Source: an uncultured Chitinophagaceae bacterium
Lineage (GTDB): Bacteria > Planctomycetota > Planctomycetia > Pirellulales > UBA1268
Direction of reading: 5' to 3'
DNA: 40,620 bases
Assembly (NCBI GenBank): GCA_964555385.1
Contig: CAZKSP010000002.1
Coordinates: 1-40,620, forward strand
Every line of letters starts with the position of its first letter. The first letter of the stretch is position 1. This document shows, in pieces, positions 29,841 to 39,775 of this stretch. The notes below the pieces were generated by a model that did not search any database, was not told where the DNA came from, and was given only the letters and a program-made list of their open reading frames with translations. A program made the translations under genes and the position numbers.

Positions 29841-31174
29841 TCGATCGGGACAAACTCCCGCAGGGTCTCGCCCGAGTAGACCTGCCGCGGCCGGCAGATT
29901 TTCTTGGTTGGGCTTCGATGCATCTCCATCCAATGGGCGATCCAGCCCGGCAGCCGTCCCATGGCGAAGAGCACGGTGAACATCTGCTCGGGGATCCCCA
30001 TCGCCCGATAGATGACTCCCGAATAGAAGTCAACGTTCGGGTAAAGCTTTCGCTCGATGAAGTATTCGTCCGCTCGGGCCACTTCCTCAAGCTGCTGAGC
30101 AATATCGAACAGTGGATCCTTCCGCTCGATTTTAGCGAGCAGTTTGTCACAGGTTGCCTTGATCAGCTTGGCCCGGGGGTCATAGTTTTTGTAGACGCGA
30201 TGGCCAAAGCCCATCAGCCTGAAGCTTGAGTTTTTGTCCTTTGCCAGGTCGACATACTTCTTCACGTTGCCGCCATCAGCCACGATCTGTTCGAGCATCT
30301 CGACACAGGCCTGATTGGCACCGCCATGGAGTGGTCCCCAGAGTGCCGAGACCCCAGCCGAGATGCTGGCGAAGAGGTTGGCGTCGCTGGACCCGACCAT
30401 CCGCACCGTCGATGTCGAGCAGTTCTGCTCGTGGTCTGCATGGACGATCAGCAGCATGTCGAGGGCATCGGCGAAGTCAGGGTCGATGTGATATTCCTCG
30501 CAGGGCACCGCAAACATCATCTGGAGGAAGTTCTCACAGTAAGACAGGTCATTTCGCGGATAGATCAGCGGCTGGCCGATCGACTTCTTGTAGCTGTAAG
30601 CCGCAATCGTTGGCAGCTTCGCCAGCAACCGGTGGACGCTCACCGTCACCTGATCGGGATCACGGACATCGAGGGAATCTTGGTAGAAGGTCGAGAGGGC
30701 CCCCACCACACTTCCGACGATGGCCATCGGATGGGCATCTCGCGGAAAGCCGTTGTAGAAGCTCCGCATGTCCTCGTGGATCATGGAGTGTTGCGACAGG
30801 GAATGACGAAAGCCGTTCAATTCGTCGGTCGTGGGCAACTCTCCGTAGATCAGCAGGTAGGCCACCTCAATGAAGTCGCATCGTTCGGCCAGTTCCTCAA
30901 TCGGGTATCCCCGGTAGCGAAGAATGCCCTGCTCACCGTTGAGAAAAGTGATGCCACTAGTGGTCGAGCCGGTATTGACATATCCCTCATCGAGCGTGAT
31001 AAGGCCGGTGCTGGCCCGTAGCCGGGAGATGTCGACCGCCCGCTCACCCTCGCTGCCGACAATCACAGGCAAATCAATCGATTCACCGTTCAACTGCAAG
31101 CTGGCCGGTGGATCAGCGTAGGTGCCCGGCCAGGGTGTTTTCGGCAGATCAGACTTCGCGGTTGGGGCACTCAT
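29831..31174 (-). CDS. gltA: Citrate synthase (type II)
   Basis: Motifs [15 protein letters not shown] and [18 protein letters not shown] 31174 gives 447 aa; the track start 31270 adds 32 aa. The 3' end overlaps tadA by 10 nt (convergent). Confidence 0.93.
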   Translation of the reverse strand: MSAPTAKSDLPKTPWPGTYADPPASLQLNGESIDLPVIVGSEGERAVDISRLRASTGLITLDEGYVNTGSTTSGITFLNGEQGILRYRGYPIEELAERCDFIEVAYLLIYGELPTTDELNGFRHSLSQHSMIHEDMRSFYNGFPRDAHPMAIVGSVVGALSTFYQDSLDVRDPDQVTVSVHRLLAKLPTIAAYSYKKSIGQPLIYPRNDLSYCENFLQMMFAVPCEEYHIDPDFADALDMLLIVHADHEQNCSTSTVRMVGSSDANLFASISAGVSALWGPLHGGANQACVEMLEQIVADGGNVKKYVDLAKDKNSSFRLMGFGHRVYKNYDPRAKLIKATCDKLLAKIERKDPLFDIAQQLEEVARADEYFIERKLYPNVDFYSGVIYRAMGIPEQMFTVLFAMGRLPGWIAHWMEMHRSPTKKICRPRQVYSGETLREFVPIDQR

Positions 31175-31304
31175 GCGGCAGGCTCCTGGGTGTTGGTCGG
31201 CGACGGATCCGCCGCGTGACGATCCGCATCCACCTCGGCAGAGTGTAGCCCTGCTTTGGCCCGTCAGCAATCGACCTGGCTACTGCCCGCTGGTGAGCCC
31301 GTCG

Positions 31305-32780
31305 TCAGCGGGTGCGACTGGTTGGGCTGCGGCCGGCAATGCCAGCAGCCCCCGCGTGTTCATCGAACATCGTCCAGACCGGTGTCCGGTCGCGGAGCCT
31401 CGAAAGATACTCTTCCTGGGCTTTGCTTCGCCGTTGCCGCTGAAGTTCCTCACGGATCGCCACCTGGGCCTCGACAAATGGCGTCCGTCCGGCCTCGTTT
31501 CGCTCCAGCACCTTGATAATGTGCAAAGCGTCGCCATCATCGAGGATGGCGCTAAGCTCACCGACCGGCAGGCTGAAGATCGCCTCATCGATAACCTTCG
31601 ACACGAGGCTCCCCCGAGTTGTCCAGTCGTATTGGCCACCGGTTCTGGCCGTCGCTCCATCTGATTTGGCCTTGGCTACCTCTGCCAGCGGCTGGCCTTG
31701 CAGCACCTCGTTGCCCATGGCTGCCAGCCGGTTCCAGGCGATGTCCCGCGGCTGTTCAGGCGTGATCTTGACTGTCAGTTGCTCGAAGCGAGCCCGGGCC
31801 TCAAACTCGTAGTCACTGAGATGATTCTGATACCAGGCAATCATTTCGGCATGGGGAATCTCGCCGGTGGAGCGGGCGTTCTGTTGAAGCCACTCCTGGG
31901 CCAGTGCCCGCTCAAAAAACATCTTTCGCATCCGGTCGAGCGACTGCCCCTGGTTACGGATCTGGTGTTCGTATTCCTGTAGCGATGCCGCTCCTGCCGC
32001 CTTCACGAGTTGAGGGAGTTGATCTTGATCAAAGGCCTCGTCGACCTTCGCCTTGATCTCAGGTAGCCGTTCTGCCGGGATAGTCCGGCAGGCGTCGACA
32101 TAGACCAGCAGCGACTCGATATGAGGAGAAAGAACCTGCTGATAAATCTGAAGTTTGAGTTGCCGAATCTGCTCTGGCTTTAGATTGGGCGACACCTTTG
32201 CCAGCCATTCGGTGGCTGCCGGGGTCATCAGGTCACCGGCCAGCACCACCTCGGGGCCAACGCGGGCCACCACCATTGCCATCTCGACCGATTGCATGCC
32301 CGGAATGTCATCCGATGAGCCAGCTTCTGAGGGGGTGGCTTGAGTCGCCTCTTCGTAATCAGCCTGAATGATGCCCGACGAGTTCCCGCGATCGACGGCG
32401 GCTGTGGCGACAGCCCCACCGCCTGCTTCTTTAGCCTGCTCGGTGGTCAGTGGCCGCCCTTCAGGGTCAACCGGTTCCAGCGGTCCCCCGGGGTTATCGC
32501 GGATGCTGGAGAGAACATGCTGACTGACAGAGGCCGGAATACCGGTCGGCCAGCCCTTTGGCCGCGATACCGATTCTGGGATGGTTGGAATGACCGGAGT
32601 GAAGACGGCTGGGGCAGCCGCTGCCGGTTCATCGGTGGCGGCTGCCTGAGAGGGGGCGTTGCCGAGAACGAATGCGGCCAGCCCTTGGCAGAAAATCGGC
32701 CAGAAAAACCGTGGTCGGGAAAAGGGCGGCGTCTGCACGGCTGGGTTTCCGCTGAAGGGACATGGCGAAATGCTTCGCAC
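31305..32780 (-). CDS. Peptidyl-prolyl cis-trans isomerase, SurA/PrsA-like with a PpiC-type rotamase domain (secreted or anchored)
   Basis: C-terminal parvulin region AKAKSDGATARTGGQYDWTTRGSLVSKVIDEAIFSLPVGELSAILDDGDALHIIKVLER. Hydrophobic signal FFWPIFCQGLAAFVLG. GTG start; the in-frame GTG at 32738 is an alternative. Confidence 0.78.
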   Translation of the reverse strand: MRSISPCPFSGNPAVQTPPFSRPRFFWPIFCQGLAAFVLGNAPSQAAATDEPAAAAPAVFTPVIPTIPESVSRPKGWPTGIPASVSQHVLSSIRDNPGGPLEPVDPEGRPLTTEQAKEAGGGAVATAAVDRGNSSGIIQADYEEATQATPSEAGSSDDIPGMQSVEMAMVVARVGPEVVLAGDLMTPAATEWLAKVSPNLKPEQIRQLKLQIYQQVLSPHIESLLVYVDACRTIPAERLPEIKAKVDEAFDQDQLPQLVKAAGAASLQEYEHQIRNQGQSLDRMRKMFFERALAQEWLQQNARSTGEIPHAEMIAWYQNHLSDYEFEARARFEQLTVKITPEQPRDIAWNRLAAMGNEVLQGQPLAEVAKAKSDGATARTGGQYDWTTRGSLVSKVIDEAIFSLPVGELSAILDDGDALHIIKVLERNEAGRTPFVEAQVAIREELQRQRRSKAQEEYLSRLRDRTPVWTMFDEHAGAAGIAGRSPTSRTR

Positions 32781-32938
32781 GGCGGTTTGGGCCGGCGGAA
32801 TCGCCGCGGAAGCTACAGATCATCGGCTGGCCGTAAAAGAGCAATGCGACGACCGGTTGAGCGGAAATCCCCATTTGACCCAAAGTAAGCATTTTTGATG
32901 GGGGCGTTTCGTCAGATCGGAGATCTGGCCAGCAGCCA

Positions 32939-35900
32939 TTACCGCCGCTTCGACTTGCGGGCCGGTCGAGCCGGCCCGCCACCGGGCATCAGGCTACCAA
33001 GCAGTATGAGCAGCCTGTCGGGGTCGGCCGCTTCCCGTTCACTCAAAGGCAGCACGGCTGTTTTGTTTCCAACAATCCGCAACTCCCTACCAGCCAGCTG
33101 ACAGGTTTTCCGCCAGCGTTCAATGCGGCGAATGTCGTGGTGGCCGAGTACCAGCATGCCCGGCTGTTTGGAGATTGAGTCGATGCCGAGTTCTGCCGCG
33201 GCGATTCGTAAACGGGTCAGTTCGAGCAGCCGTACTGCGGCGTCTGGAAGGACGCCGAACCGATCGGCCAACTCGGTTGCCAGCTGCTCAACCTGCGGCT
33301 GGCTGCCGGCTCGCGAAATTCTTCTGTAGATATCGATTTTTGTTCGCAGGTCGGTGATGTAGTCGCGGGGCAGCCAGGCATCACCGGGCAGGTCGATCGC
33401 TACGGCAGGTGGCTCTGAAGGAGGCAGGTCTTTGAGACCTCGGACGGCGTTCTCAAGCAGCCGGCAATAGAGCTCATAGCCAACCGTTGCAATGTGGCCG
33501 CTTTGCTGGGTGCCCAGCAGATTGCCAGCACCACGAATCTCGAGGTCACGCATCGCCAGGGAGAAGCCAGCGCCGGTGCTAGAAAACTCCTGGATTGCCC
33601 GCAGCCGGCGGGCAGCCGTTTCGGTTAGTCGTCCGCTTTCCTTTACCAGTAGGTAGCAATAGGCACGGTGGTGTGACCGGCCGACCCGGCCCCGCAACTG
33701 ATGGAGATCGGCCAGGCCATACTGGTCGGCCTCGTCGATGAAGATGGTGTTGGCCCGGGGGATATCGAGGCCACTTTCGATGATGGTTGTAGCCAGCAGC
33801 AGCCGAGTGCGGCCGGCAACGAAGTCGAGCATCACCGTTTCAAGCTCGGTCTCTGAGAGCCTGCCGTGGGCAATCCCGATCGTGATGTCGGGCACAATCG
33901 CCCTGATCCGATCGGCCACCTTGTCGATATCGTGGATGCGGTTGTGTACGAAAAAAACCTGGCCATCTCGGGCCAGTTCCCGGTCGATGGCATGACGAAT
34001 CAGGGTTTCGTCGAACCGGCCCACCCGCGTCTCGACTGCCAGCCGGTTAGCCGGAGGTGTGGTCAGGTTTGAAATGTCACGAATGCCGAGCATCGCCATA
34101 TGTAGCGTGCGGGGGATTGGCGTTGCGGTCATCGTCAACACGTCGACGCTGGCCCGCAACGCCTTGAGTCGCTCTTTCACATCCACTCCGAACCGTTGCT
34201 CTTCATCAACCACCAGCAGGCCGAGGTTGGCAAAGTGGATATCTGCTTGGGCCAGCCTGTGGGTGCCGATCACGATGTCAACTGCCCCCCGGGCCAGGCC
34301 CTCAAGCGTCTCTCGGACTTCCCGCGTTGGTGTCAGCCGCGACAGTCCTCGGATAGTGAAGGGGTATTCAGCAAACCGTTCACAAAAGGTGCGGCGGTGC
34401 TGCTCTGCGAGAATCGTGGTTGGCACGAGAACGGCCACCTGGCTGCCCGCCTCGGCCGCCTTGAATGCGGCCCGCATTGCCAGTTCTGTCTTGCCGAAGC
34501 CGACGTCGCCGCAGAGCAGCCGATCCATCGGCTTGGGCTCCTCCAGATCGGCTCGGATTGCCTCGATGGCCGTCGCCTGGTCAGGTGTCGGGTCAAACTG
34601 GAATGACTGCTCGAAGGCGATCTGCCAGGGAGTGTCCGGCGGATAGGCCCGCCCAGGACGGTCTGCTCTGACTGCCTGAATCTGCAGCATGTCGGCGGCC
34701 ATGTCAGCCACCGCTTTCTCGACCGCCCGCTTCTGCTTTGACCAGAGCGTGCCACCGATCTTGGCAAGCTTCGGTGCGGTCTTGCCGCCGCCGACATACT
34801 TCTGAACCAGCTCGATGGCTGATGCCGGTACATAGATGCGGGTCGACTCGGCAAACTCAAGTTCGAGGAACTCCTCGGTGCGTCCCTGCTTCTGGAGTAG
34901 CTTCAAGCCACGGTAGCGGGCGATGCCATGAGCCACATGGACCACCAGGTCGCCCTCGTGCAGGTCGAGAAAGGTATCGATGGCCCGGCTAAGCCGGTGC
35001 TTTGGCAGCCGGTTGGTTGCCGTTTCATGACGTCGAAAAAGTTCGGATGCCGAGATCAGCACAAGCTTTTCTGGCAGCAGTCGAAAACCTGCTGACAGCC
35101 GCCCCTGGGCAAAGTGCAGCCGGCCAGTCCGAGCGGGTGCTGAGCCACCAAGCAGCTCAGCAAGCCGTCGCTGTTCGGCTTCAGTCGGGGCGATCACCCA
35201 GACGTCCTGGTCCCTACCGACGCTGTCGAGCTCCTGGCAAACCCGATCAAGTTGACCGGTGAATCGTTCCACGCTCTCCACTGCAAGCTGAGCGGTCGCC
35301 TCAAGACTTGCGGGAGCGATTGCCGAGAGGGTGACCGAGGGATATCGGTAGATGCGGGCGAGGAGTTCTTCTGAGGTGAGTGTGGCTCCCTCTGGAAGCC
35401 GACTGAGCAGGCGTTTGGCTTCCTCGACAAGTTCGGTTGGCTCCACCAGCCCCCACCAGCTGTCCCTCGGCAGGATGTCGGTCAGCCAGGATCGTCGCCC
35501 GCCGCTGACGCTCAGGGCAGTGAGGTCGATGGTTTCGATCGGGGCAATGCTGCGCTGGCTGACGGTGTCGAAGGTGCGGAGCGACTCAATTTCGTCATCA
35601 TCAAGCTCCAGCCGGATTGGTCGCTCCCAGTCTGTTGCGAACAGGTCGATGATCCCACCCCGTCGGGCAAAGCAGCCAGGATCGGCCAACGCATCGACCT
35701 GCTGCCAGCCGCGGCTGGTGAGCCAGTCGGCTAACTCCTGAGGGTCAAGTCGGTCTCCAACGGCCAGCTTCCGAGTGCTGGCCAGAATCTGCCGCGGATC
35801 AGGCACTGGCGCAAGGACGGCCTGTATTGATGTCACAATGATCTGCGGAGCCAAGTCGGCTGGGCCAGTCAGCCTTTTGACAACAGCAAGCCTGGCCGCC

Positions 35901-36364
35901 TCGGCGGGGTCGGCGTCTGCCGCCGCAGGATGCGGCGATCGGCAACCATGAAAACCCGTCGCGTTTTCGGGTGTTGCCAGAGTGGCAAAGGACGCTGGCC
36001 GGCTTTTCTCTAGATCGAGCCCATCGAGGGCTGGGTCGACAAACGAATCGATGGGCGGCAGTAGTTCGACTGACAAGGGTGAGAACAGCCCGAGGTCATC
36101 GGCCAGCAGTTCGGCTTCGGTCGCGTGGGGCATTACGACGATGAATGGTCCCTGCCCTCCCTGGGGACGTGCCGCAGCAAGCCCAGCCACCGCGAGGCTG
36201 CAGGCGGCTCCCCAGGTGCCTCCAATTGTCGCCCCATGACCGGCCCGAAGGCTGTCCACCACCCCCGCAAAGCCGCTATGACCGATAAGCCCTGTGGCCA
36301 GCCGCCGAAGCTGTTCCACCAGCGGCGGTTCTTCTGCGGCAAGTGCGGGATCGGCGGCTTTCAC
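32939..36364 (-). CDS. mfd: Transcription-repair coupling factor
   Basis: Motifs GDVGFGKTE (Walker A), LLVVDEEQRFGV, GRVGRS, and the CarD/TRCF region VVHVAHGIARYRGL. The start is uncertain. GTG 36364 gives about 1141 aa. The track start 36550 would overlap ilvB. Confidence 0.9.
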   Translation of the reverse strand: MKAADPALAAEEPPLVEQLRRLATGLIGHSGFAGVVDSLRAGHGATIGGTWGAACSLAVAGLAAARPQGGQGPFIVVMPHATEAELLADDLGLFSPLSVELLPPIDSFVDPALDGLDLEKSRPASFATLATPENATGFHGCRSPHPAAADADPAEAARLAVVKRLTGPADLAPQIIVTSIQAVLAPVPDPRQILASTRKLAVGDRLDPQELADWLTSRGWQQVDALADPGCFARRGGIIDLFATDWERPIRLELDDDEIESLRTFDTVSQRSIAPIETIDLTALSVSGGRRSWLTDILPRDSWWGLVEPTELVEEAKRLLSRLPEGATLTSEELLARIYRYPSVTLSAIAPASLEATAQLAVESVERFTGQLDRVCQELDSVGRDQDVWVIAPTEAEQRRLAELLGGSAPARTGRLHFAQGRLSAGFRLLPEKLVLISASELFRRHETATNRLPKHRLSRAIDTFLDLHEGDLVVHVAHGIARYRGLKLLQKQGRTEEFLELEFAESTRIYVPASAIELVQKYVGGGKTAPKLAKIGGTLWSKQKRAVEKAVADMAADMLQIQAVRADRPGRAYPPDTPWQIAFEQSFQFDPTPDQATAIEAIRADLEEPKPMDRLLCGDVGFGKTELAMRAAFKAAEAGSQVAVLVPTTILAEQHRRTFCERFAEYPFTIRGLSRLTPTREVRETLEGLARGAVDIVIGTHRLAQADIHFANLGLLVVDEEQRFGVDVKERLKALRASVDVLTMTATPIPRTLHMAMLGIRDISNLTTPPANRLAVETRVGRFDETLIRHAIDRELARDGQVFFVHNRIHDIDKVADRIRAIVPDITIGIAHGRLSETELETVMLDFVAGRTRLLLATTIIESGLDIPRANTIFIDEADQYGLADLHQLRGRVGRSHHRAYCYLLVKESGRLTETAARRLRAIQEFSSTGAGFSLAMRDLEIRGAGNLLGTQQSGHIATVGYELYCRLLENAVRGLKDLPPSEPPAVAIDLPGDAWLPRDYITDLRTKIDIYRRISRAGSQPQVEQLATELADRFGVLPDAAVRLLELTRLRIAAAELGIDSISKQPGMLVLGHHDIRRIERWRKTCQLAGRELRIVGNKTAVLPLSEREAADPDRLLILLGSLMPGGGPARPARKSKRR

Positions 36365-36506
36365 GGTCGTATTGTAGGGGATGTCGGTCGGAACGGTTTG
36401 CTCACGGAGTTGCCGGCAGGCTGACCGGCGGCATCTTTTCGTGTATTGTTGAAGGTTGTTCCGGACGGGTAGCCCGTCGGTGGTAGATTCCAGGAGGAAG
36501 ACGATA

Positions 36507-38279
36507 ATGGCAACCGCAGAAGAGCAGGCACGCACCAAGACGTTGGTCACCGGAGCAGACGCGGTTGTTGAGTCGCTCGTTCGGCATGACGTCGAGGTTC
36601 TCTTCGCCTATCCGGGCGGCTGCAGTATGCCGCTCCATCAGTCGCTTACCCGCTACGGCGACCGAATTCGAACCATCTTGCCGCGGCATGAACAGGGAGG
36701 AGCCTTTGCGGCTCAGGGCTACGCCCGCACGACTGGTAGGCCCGGTGTCTGCATGGCCACGAGTGGCCCAGGGGCCCTCAATCTGGTCACTGCCATTGCT
36801 GATGCCAAACTCGACAGTATTCCGCTGATTGCTCTGACCGGACAGGTCCCCACCGCGGTGATTGGCACCGATGCCTTTCAAGAAACCCCGATTGTCGAAG
36901 TCTGCCGGGGGATCACCAAACATCACTTCCTCGTGACCCGCGCCGAAGACATTCCGCGGATCATCAAGGAGGCATTTCACATTGCCACAACCGGCCGACC
37001 AGGCCCGGTGTTGATTGATCTGCCAAAGGATGTGCAACAGGCTCACATCGTGCCCGACTATGACGTGCCGATGAATCTGCCTGGCTACCATCCCGAGGTG
37101 CAACGGGCCCACCCAGAACAAATTGCCCAGGTTGCCAACGCGATTCGCCGATCGAAGCGGCCAGTGATTTATGCCGGTGGGGGAGTAATCACCGGCAACG
37201 CATCAGAGAACCTACGGACGCTCGCCCGTAAGACTGGCATTCCGGTGACGATGACTCTGATGGGGCTGGGGGCATTTCCGGGGGACGACCCGTTGTCGCT
37301 CGACATGCTTGGGATGCACGGTAGCGTATACGCCAACTACGCCATCGATGAGGCCGACTTGTTGATTGCCGTAGGTGTGCGATTTGACGACCGGGTGACC
37401 GGCAAGGTTTCGGAATTTGCCCGCCACGGCTTTATCGTCCACATCGACATTGATCCCTCTGAGATCAACAAGAATAAGCAGGTTCATGTACCGATTGTGG
37501 CTGACGTGAACGAGGCGTTGGGGCAGCTTAACGAGGTCGTCGAGCCGCCCGAAGCAGGCCTTGACGAATGGCATGCCAGGATCGCGGAATGGAAACAGGA
37601 AGACCCCTTCGCCTACGACACCAGCTATCCGGGAATTCTTGCTCAGGAGGCGATTGCCGAACTGTCAAAGTTGACGGCCGACCGAGACACTGTGGTAACA
37701 GTGGGGGTGGGCCAGCACCAGATGTGGGCAGCCCAGTTCTTCACTTTCCGCCGGCCCCGCACCTGGCTTTCATCCAGCGGACTCGGCACGATGGGCTTTG
37801 GACTGCCGGCGGCGATGGGGGCTCAGGTTGGCTGTCCAAACGATCTGGTTATCGACATCGATGGGGACGGCAGCATCCTGATGAATATTCAGGAGTTTGC
37901 TACCTGCACCTGCGAAAACATCCCGGTCAAGGTGCTGCTGCTGAATAATCAGCACCTCGGCATGGTCGTCCAGTGGGAAGACCGCTTCTTCAAGGGCAAC
38001 CGGGCCCACACCTACCTGGGGCCCGTTGAGAATCCCGAGGCCTGCGGTCGGGGCGATGGCATTTCTCCGGAATGCCGTTATCCAGACTTTGTCGCAATTG
38101 CCAGAGGATTCGGCTGGCAGGCCGAGACAATCGTGGAAAAGACCGACTTGATTCCCGCGATCAAGCGGTTGATTGAGACGCCGGGTCCGGCCCTGCTTGA
38201 TGTGCAGGTGCCGTATCAGGAGCATGTGTTGCCGATGATTCCGTCGGGCATGACGGTCCGCGAACTGATCAAAAAATAG
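36507..38279 (+). CDS. ilvB: Acetolactate synthase, large (catalytic) subunit, biosynthetic type
   Basis: TPP motif [15 protein letters not shown]...[14 protein letters not shown]-terminal [26 protein letters not shown] 36507 with AGGAGG 9 nt upstream. Confidence 0.94.
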   Translation: MATAEEQARTKTLVTGADAVVESLVRHDVEVLFAYPGGCSMPLHQSLTRYGDRIRTILPRHEQGGAFAAQGYARTTGRPGVCMATSGPGALNLVTAIADAKLDSIPLIALTGQVPTAVIGTDAFQETPIVEVCRGITKHHFLVTRAEDIPRIIKEAFHIATTGRPGPVLIDLPKDVQQAHIVPDYDVPMNLPGYHPEVQRAHPEQIAQVANAIRRSKRPVIYAGGGVITGNASENLRTLARKTGIPVTMTLMGLGAFPGDDPLSLDMLGMHGSVYANYAIDEADLLIAVGVRFDDRVTGKVSEFARHGFIVHIDIDPSEINKNKQVHVPIVADVNEALGQLNEVVEPPEAGLDEWHARIAEWKQEDPFAYDTSYPGILAQEAIAELSKLTADRDTVVTVGVGQHQMWAAQFFTFRRPRTWLSSSGLGTMGFGLPAAMGAQVGCPNDLVIDIDGDGSILMNIQEFATCTCENIPVKVLLLNNQHLGMVVQWEDRFFKGNRAHTYLGPVENPEACGRGDGISPECRYPDFVAIARGFGWQAETIVEKTDLIPAIKRLIETPGPALLDVQVPYQEHVLPMIPSGMTVRELIKK

Positions 38280-38341
38280 TTGGTCGGCCAGTTATGAGAA
38301 GCCGTGGTCCAATGCCGTTTCACGCCAGCGCGTAAGGCCGG

Positions 38342-39775
38342 TCAGCGGAGTTGGAAAGGCGAGAACGGTGTGTTTGGTACGGTGCCTGGTTGAGGCATGC
38401 TGCCAGCCGGCTTATTTGGTTTGTCATCCTCTCCCTCAGCCTTTGTTGGCTCGGGAAGTGGGTCAATAGCGTCGGCCGCAGCCAGTACAGTCTCGTCGCT
38501 CGGGGACTTGTAAATTTCGATCCCGAGGCCCTGCAGTTTCGCGGCTTGGTCCTGGAAGGGCTTTCCCTGTTCTCCGAGCGTCGTTGCGATCGAGGCAAGC
38601 GCATCGCCAAGGCTGGCAAGCCGCCAACTAGTCTGCAGGCAACGCGATTGAGAAAGCAGACTAGGTTTTTTTTGCAAAGGTGTTCCATCGGGGCCTAGCA
38701 ACGAGCTGTCCATCATCGAGCCATCCATCATTGAGCTGTCCATCATCGGGCCAGCCATCATGGCCATTCCACCGCCTTGAAGGTCCATTCCGCTGAGCGA
38801 CTGCTCAAGTTTGATGAGTTGCAGTGCCTGCCGATCGTCTGCGACGGCAGCCACTGCAACGGTATTGATTAGTTCTGAAATTTCGACAGCCAGAGCAGCC
38901 TGATCCGATTTGAAGGTGCGACTAAGAAGGACTGCTGCCCGAATCCGAAGGTTGATCGCTTTGTCTGCATCTTTCAGCAGACTGATCGCAGCTGTTCTTA
39001 GGCCATCCACCGACTTTGGGTCGTCGAGAGCCAACGGGATGATATTCAATGCCAGATCGAGCGACCGCTGCTGTAACCAGCTGTGAACCACAGGAGAGGT
39101 CACTTGCGGCTCAGCCTGATCAAGCTGGAGAAGCTTTTCAAGCGTTGGTAGCAGGTCGACCGCAGCGGCCTTTGTATCCGAGGAGCTTCCACCGCCAGCC
39201 GCTTCGACGCGGCCTCGGAGTCCCACCAACGCGGCAATTCTCACCGCCGGTGTGACAGTGGTATCGAGCGTTAATTTGCCGAGGAGGGGGGTTGCAGCTG
39301 CCAACAGCCGGCCGTCTTTTTGCCGTAGTTCACCTAACAGGAGGCAGGCATTAACGCTGCCCTCAATCGAAGAGTTCTGACGGCGCGATAGTTCGTCAAG
39401 GGCCTCAGCTGCAGCAGTCGTAGCGTCGCGAAAGGCATCAGCACTTGTGATTTTTTCGAGTAGCAAACCAGGGATTTGGGCCCGAATCGCGGCGATTCTA
39501 TCACGATTTGCTTCTTCCAGCAGTTGGGGAAGACCGTCATTGAGAAGCAACTGCCGGTTGCGATCATTGAAGGCGGATCCTGCTTCGAGCTCTTTTTTGT
39601 AAGTCGCCAGGTCGGCCGATTTCTCAAAAGCAGACCAGTTCTCAAATCGGGGTACTCCTTGACCTAGAGCGGCTGGGCAGAAGCCGGCTTGGATGGCGAT
39701 GGCAAAGAATGCGAGTCCGAAGGAAGCCAGAAGATTGACCCGGAACGAACAAACAGAGCGGTGAGTCCACTTCAT
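38342..39775 (-). CDS. Secreted HEAT/ARM-like repeat protein with a Met-rich segment (hypothetical)
   Basis: Signal-like N-terminus SFRVNLLASFGLAFFAIAIQAGF. Repeated xRIAAL/xRIRAAVLL helices. GGGMAMMAGPMMDSSMMDGSMMDSS at 38693-38788. ATG 39775 overlaps the upstream stop (TGATG); the track start is TTG 39778. Confidence 0.65.
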   Translation of the reverse strand: MKWTHRSVCSFRVNLLASFGLAFFAIAIQAGFCPAALGQGVPRFENWSAFEKSADLATYKKELEAGSAFNDRNRQLLLNDGLPQLLEEANRDRIAAIRAQIPGLLLEKITSADAFRDATTAAAEALDELSRRQNSSIEGSVNACLLLGELRQKDGRLLAAATPLLGKLTLDTTVTPAVRIAALVGLRGRVEAAGGGSSSDTKAAAVDLLPTLEKLLQLDQAEPQVTSPVVHSWLQQRSLDLALNIIPLALDDPKSVDGLRTAAISLLKDADKAINLRIRAAVLLSRTFKSDQAALAVEISELINTVAVAAVADDRQALQLIKLEQSLSGMDLQGGGMAMMAGPMMDSSMMDGSMMDSSLLGPDGTPLQKKPSLLSQSRCLQTSWRLASLGDALASIATTLGEQGKPFQDQAAKLQGLGIEIYKSPSDETVLAAADAIDPLPEPTKAEGEDDKPNKPAGSMPQPGTVPNTPFSPFQLR

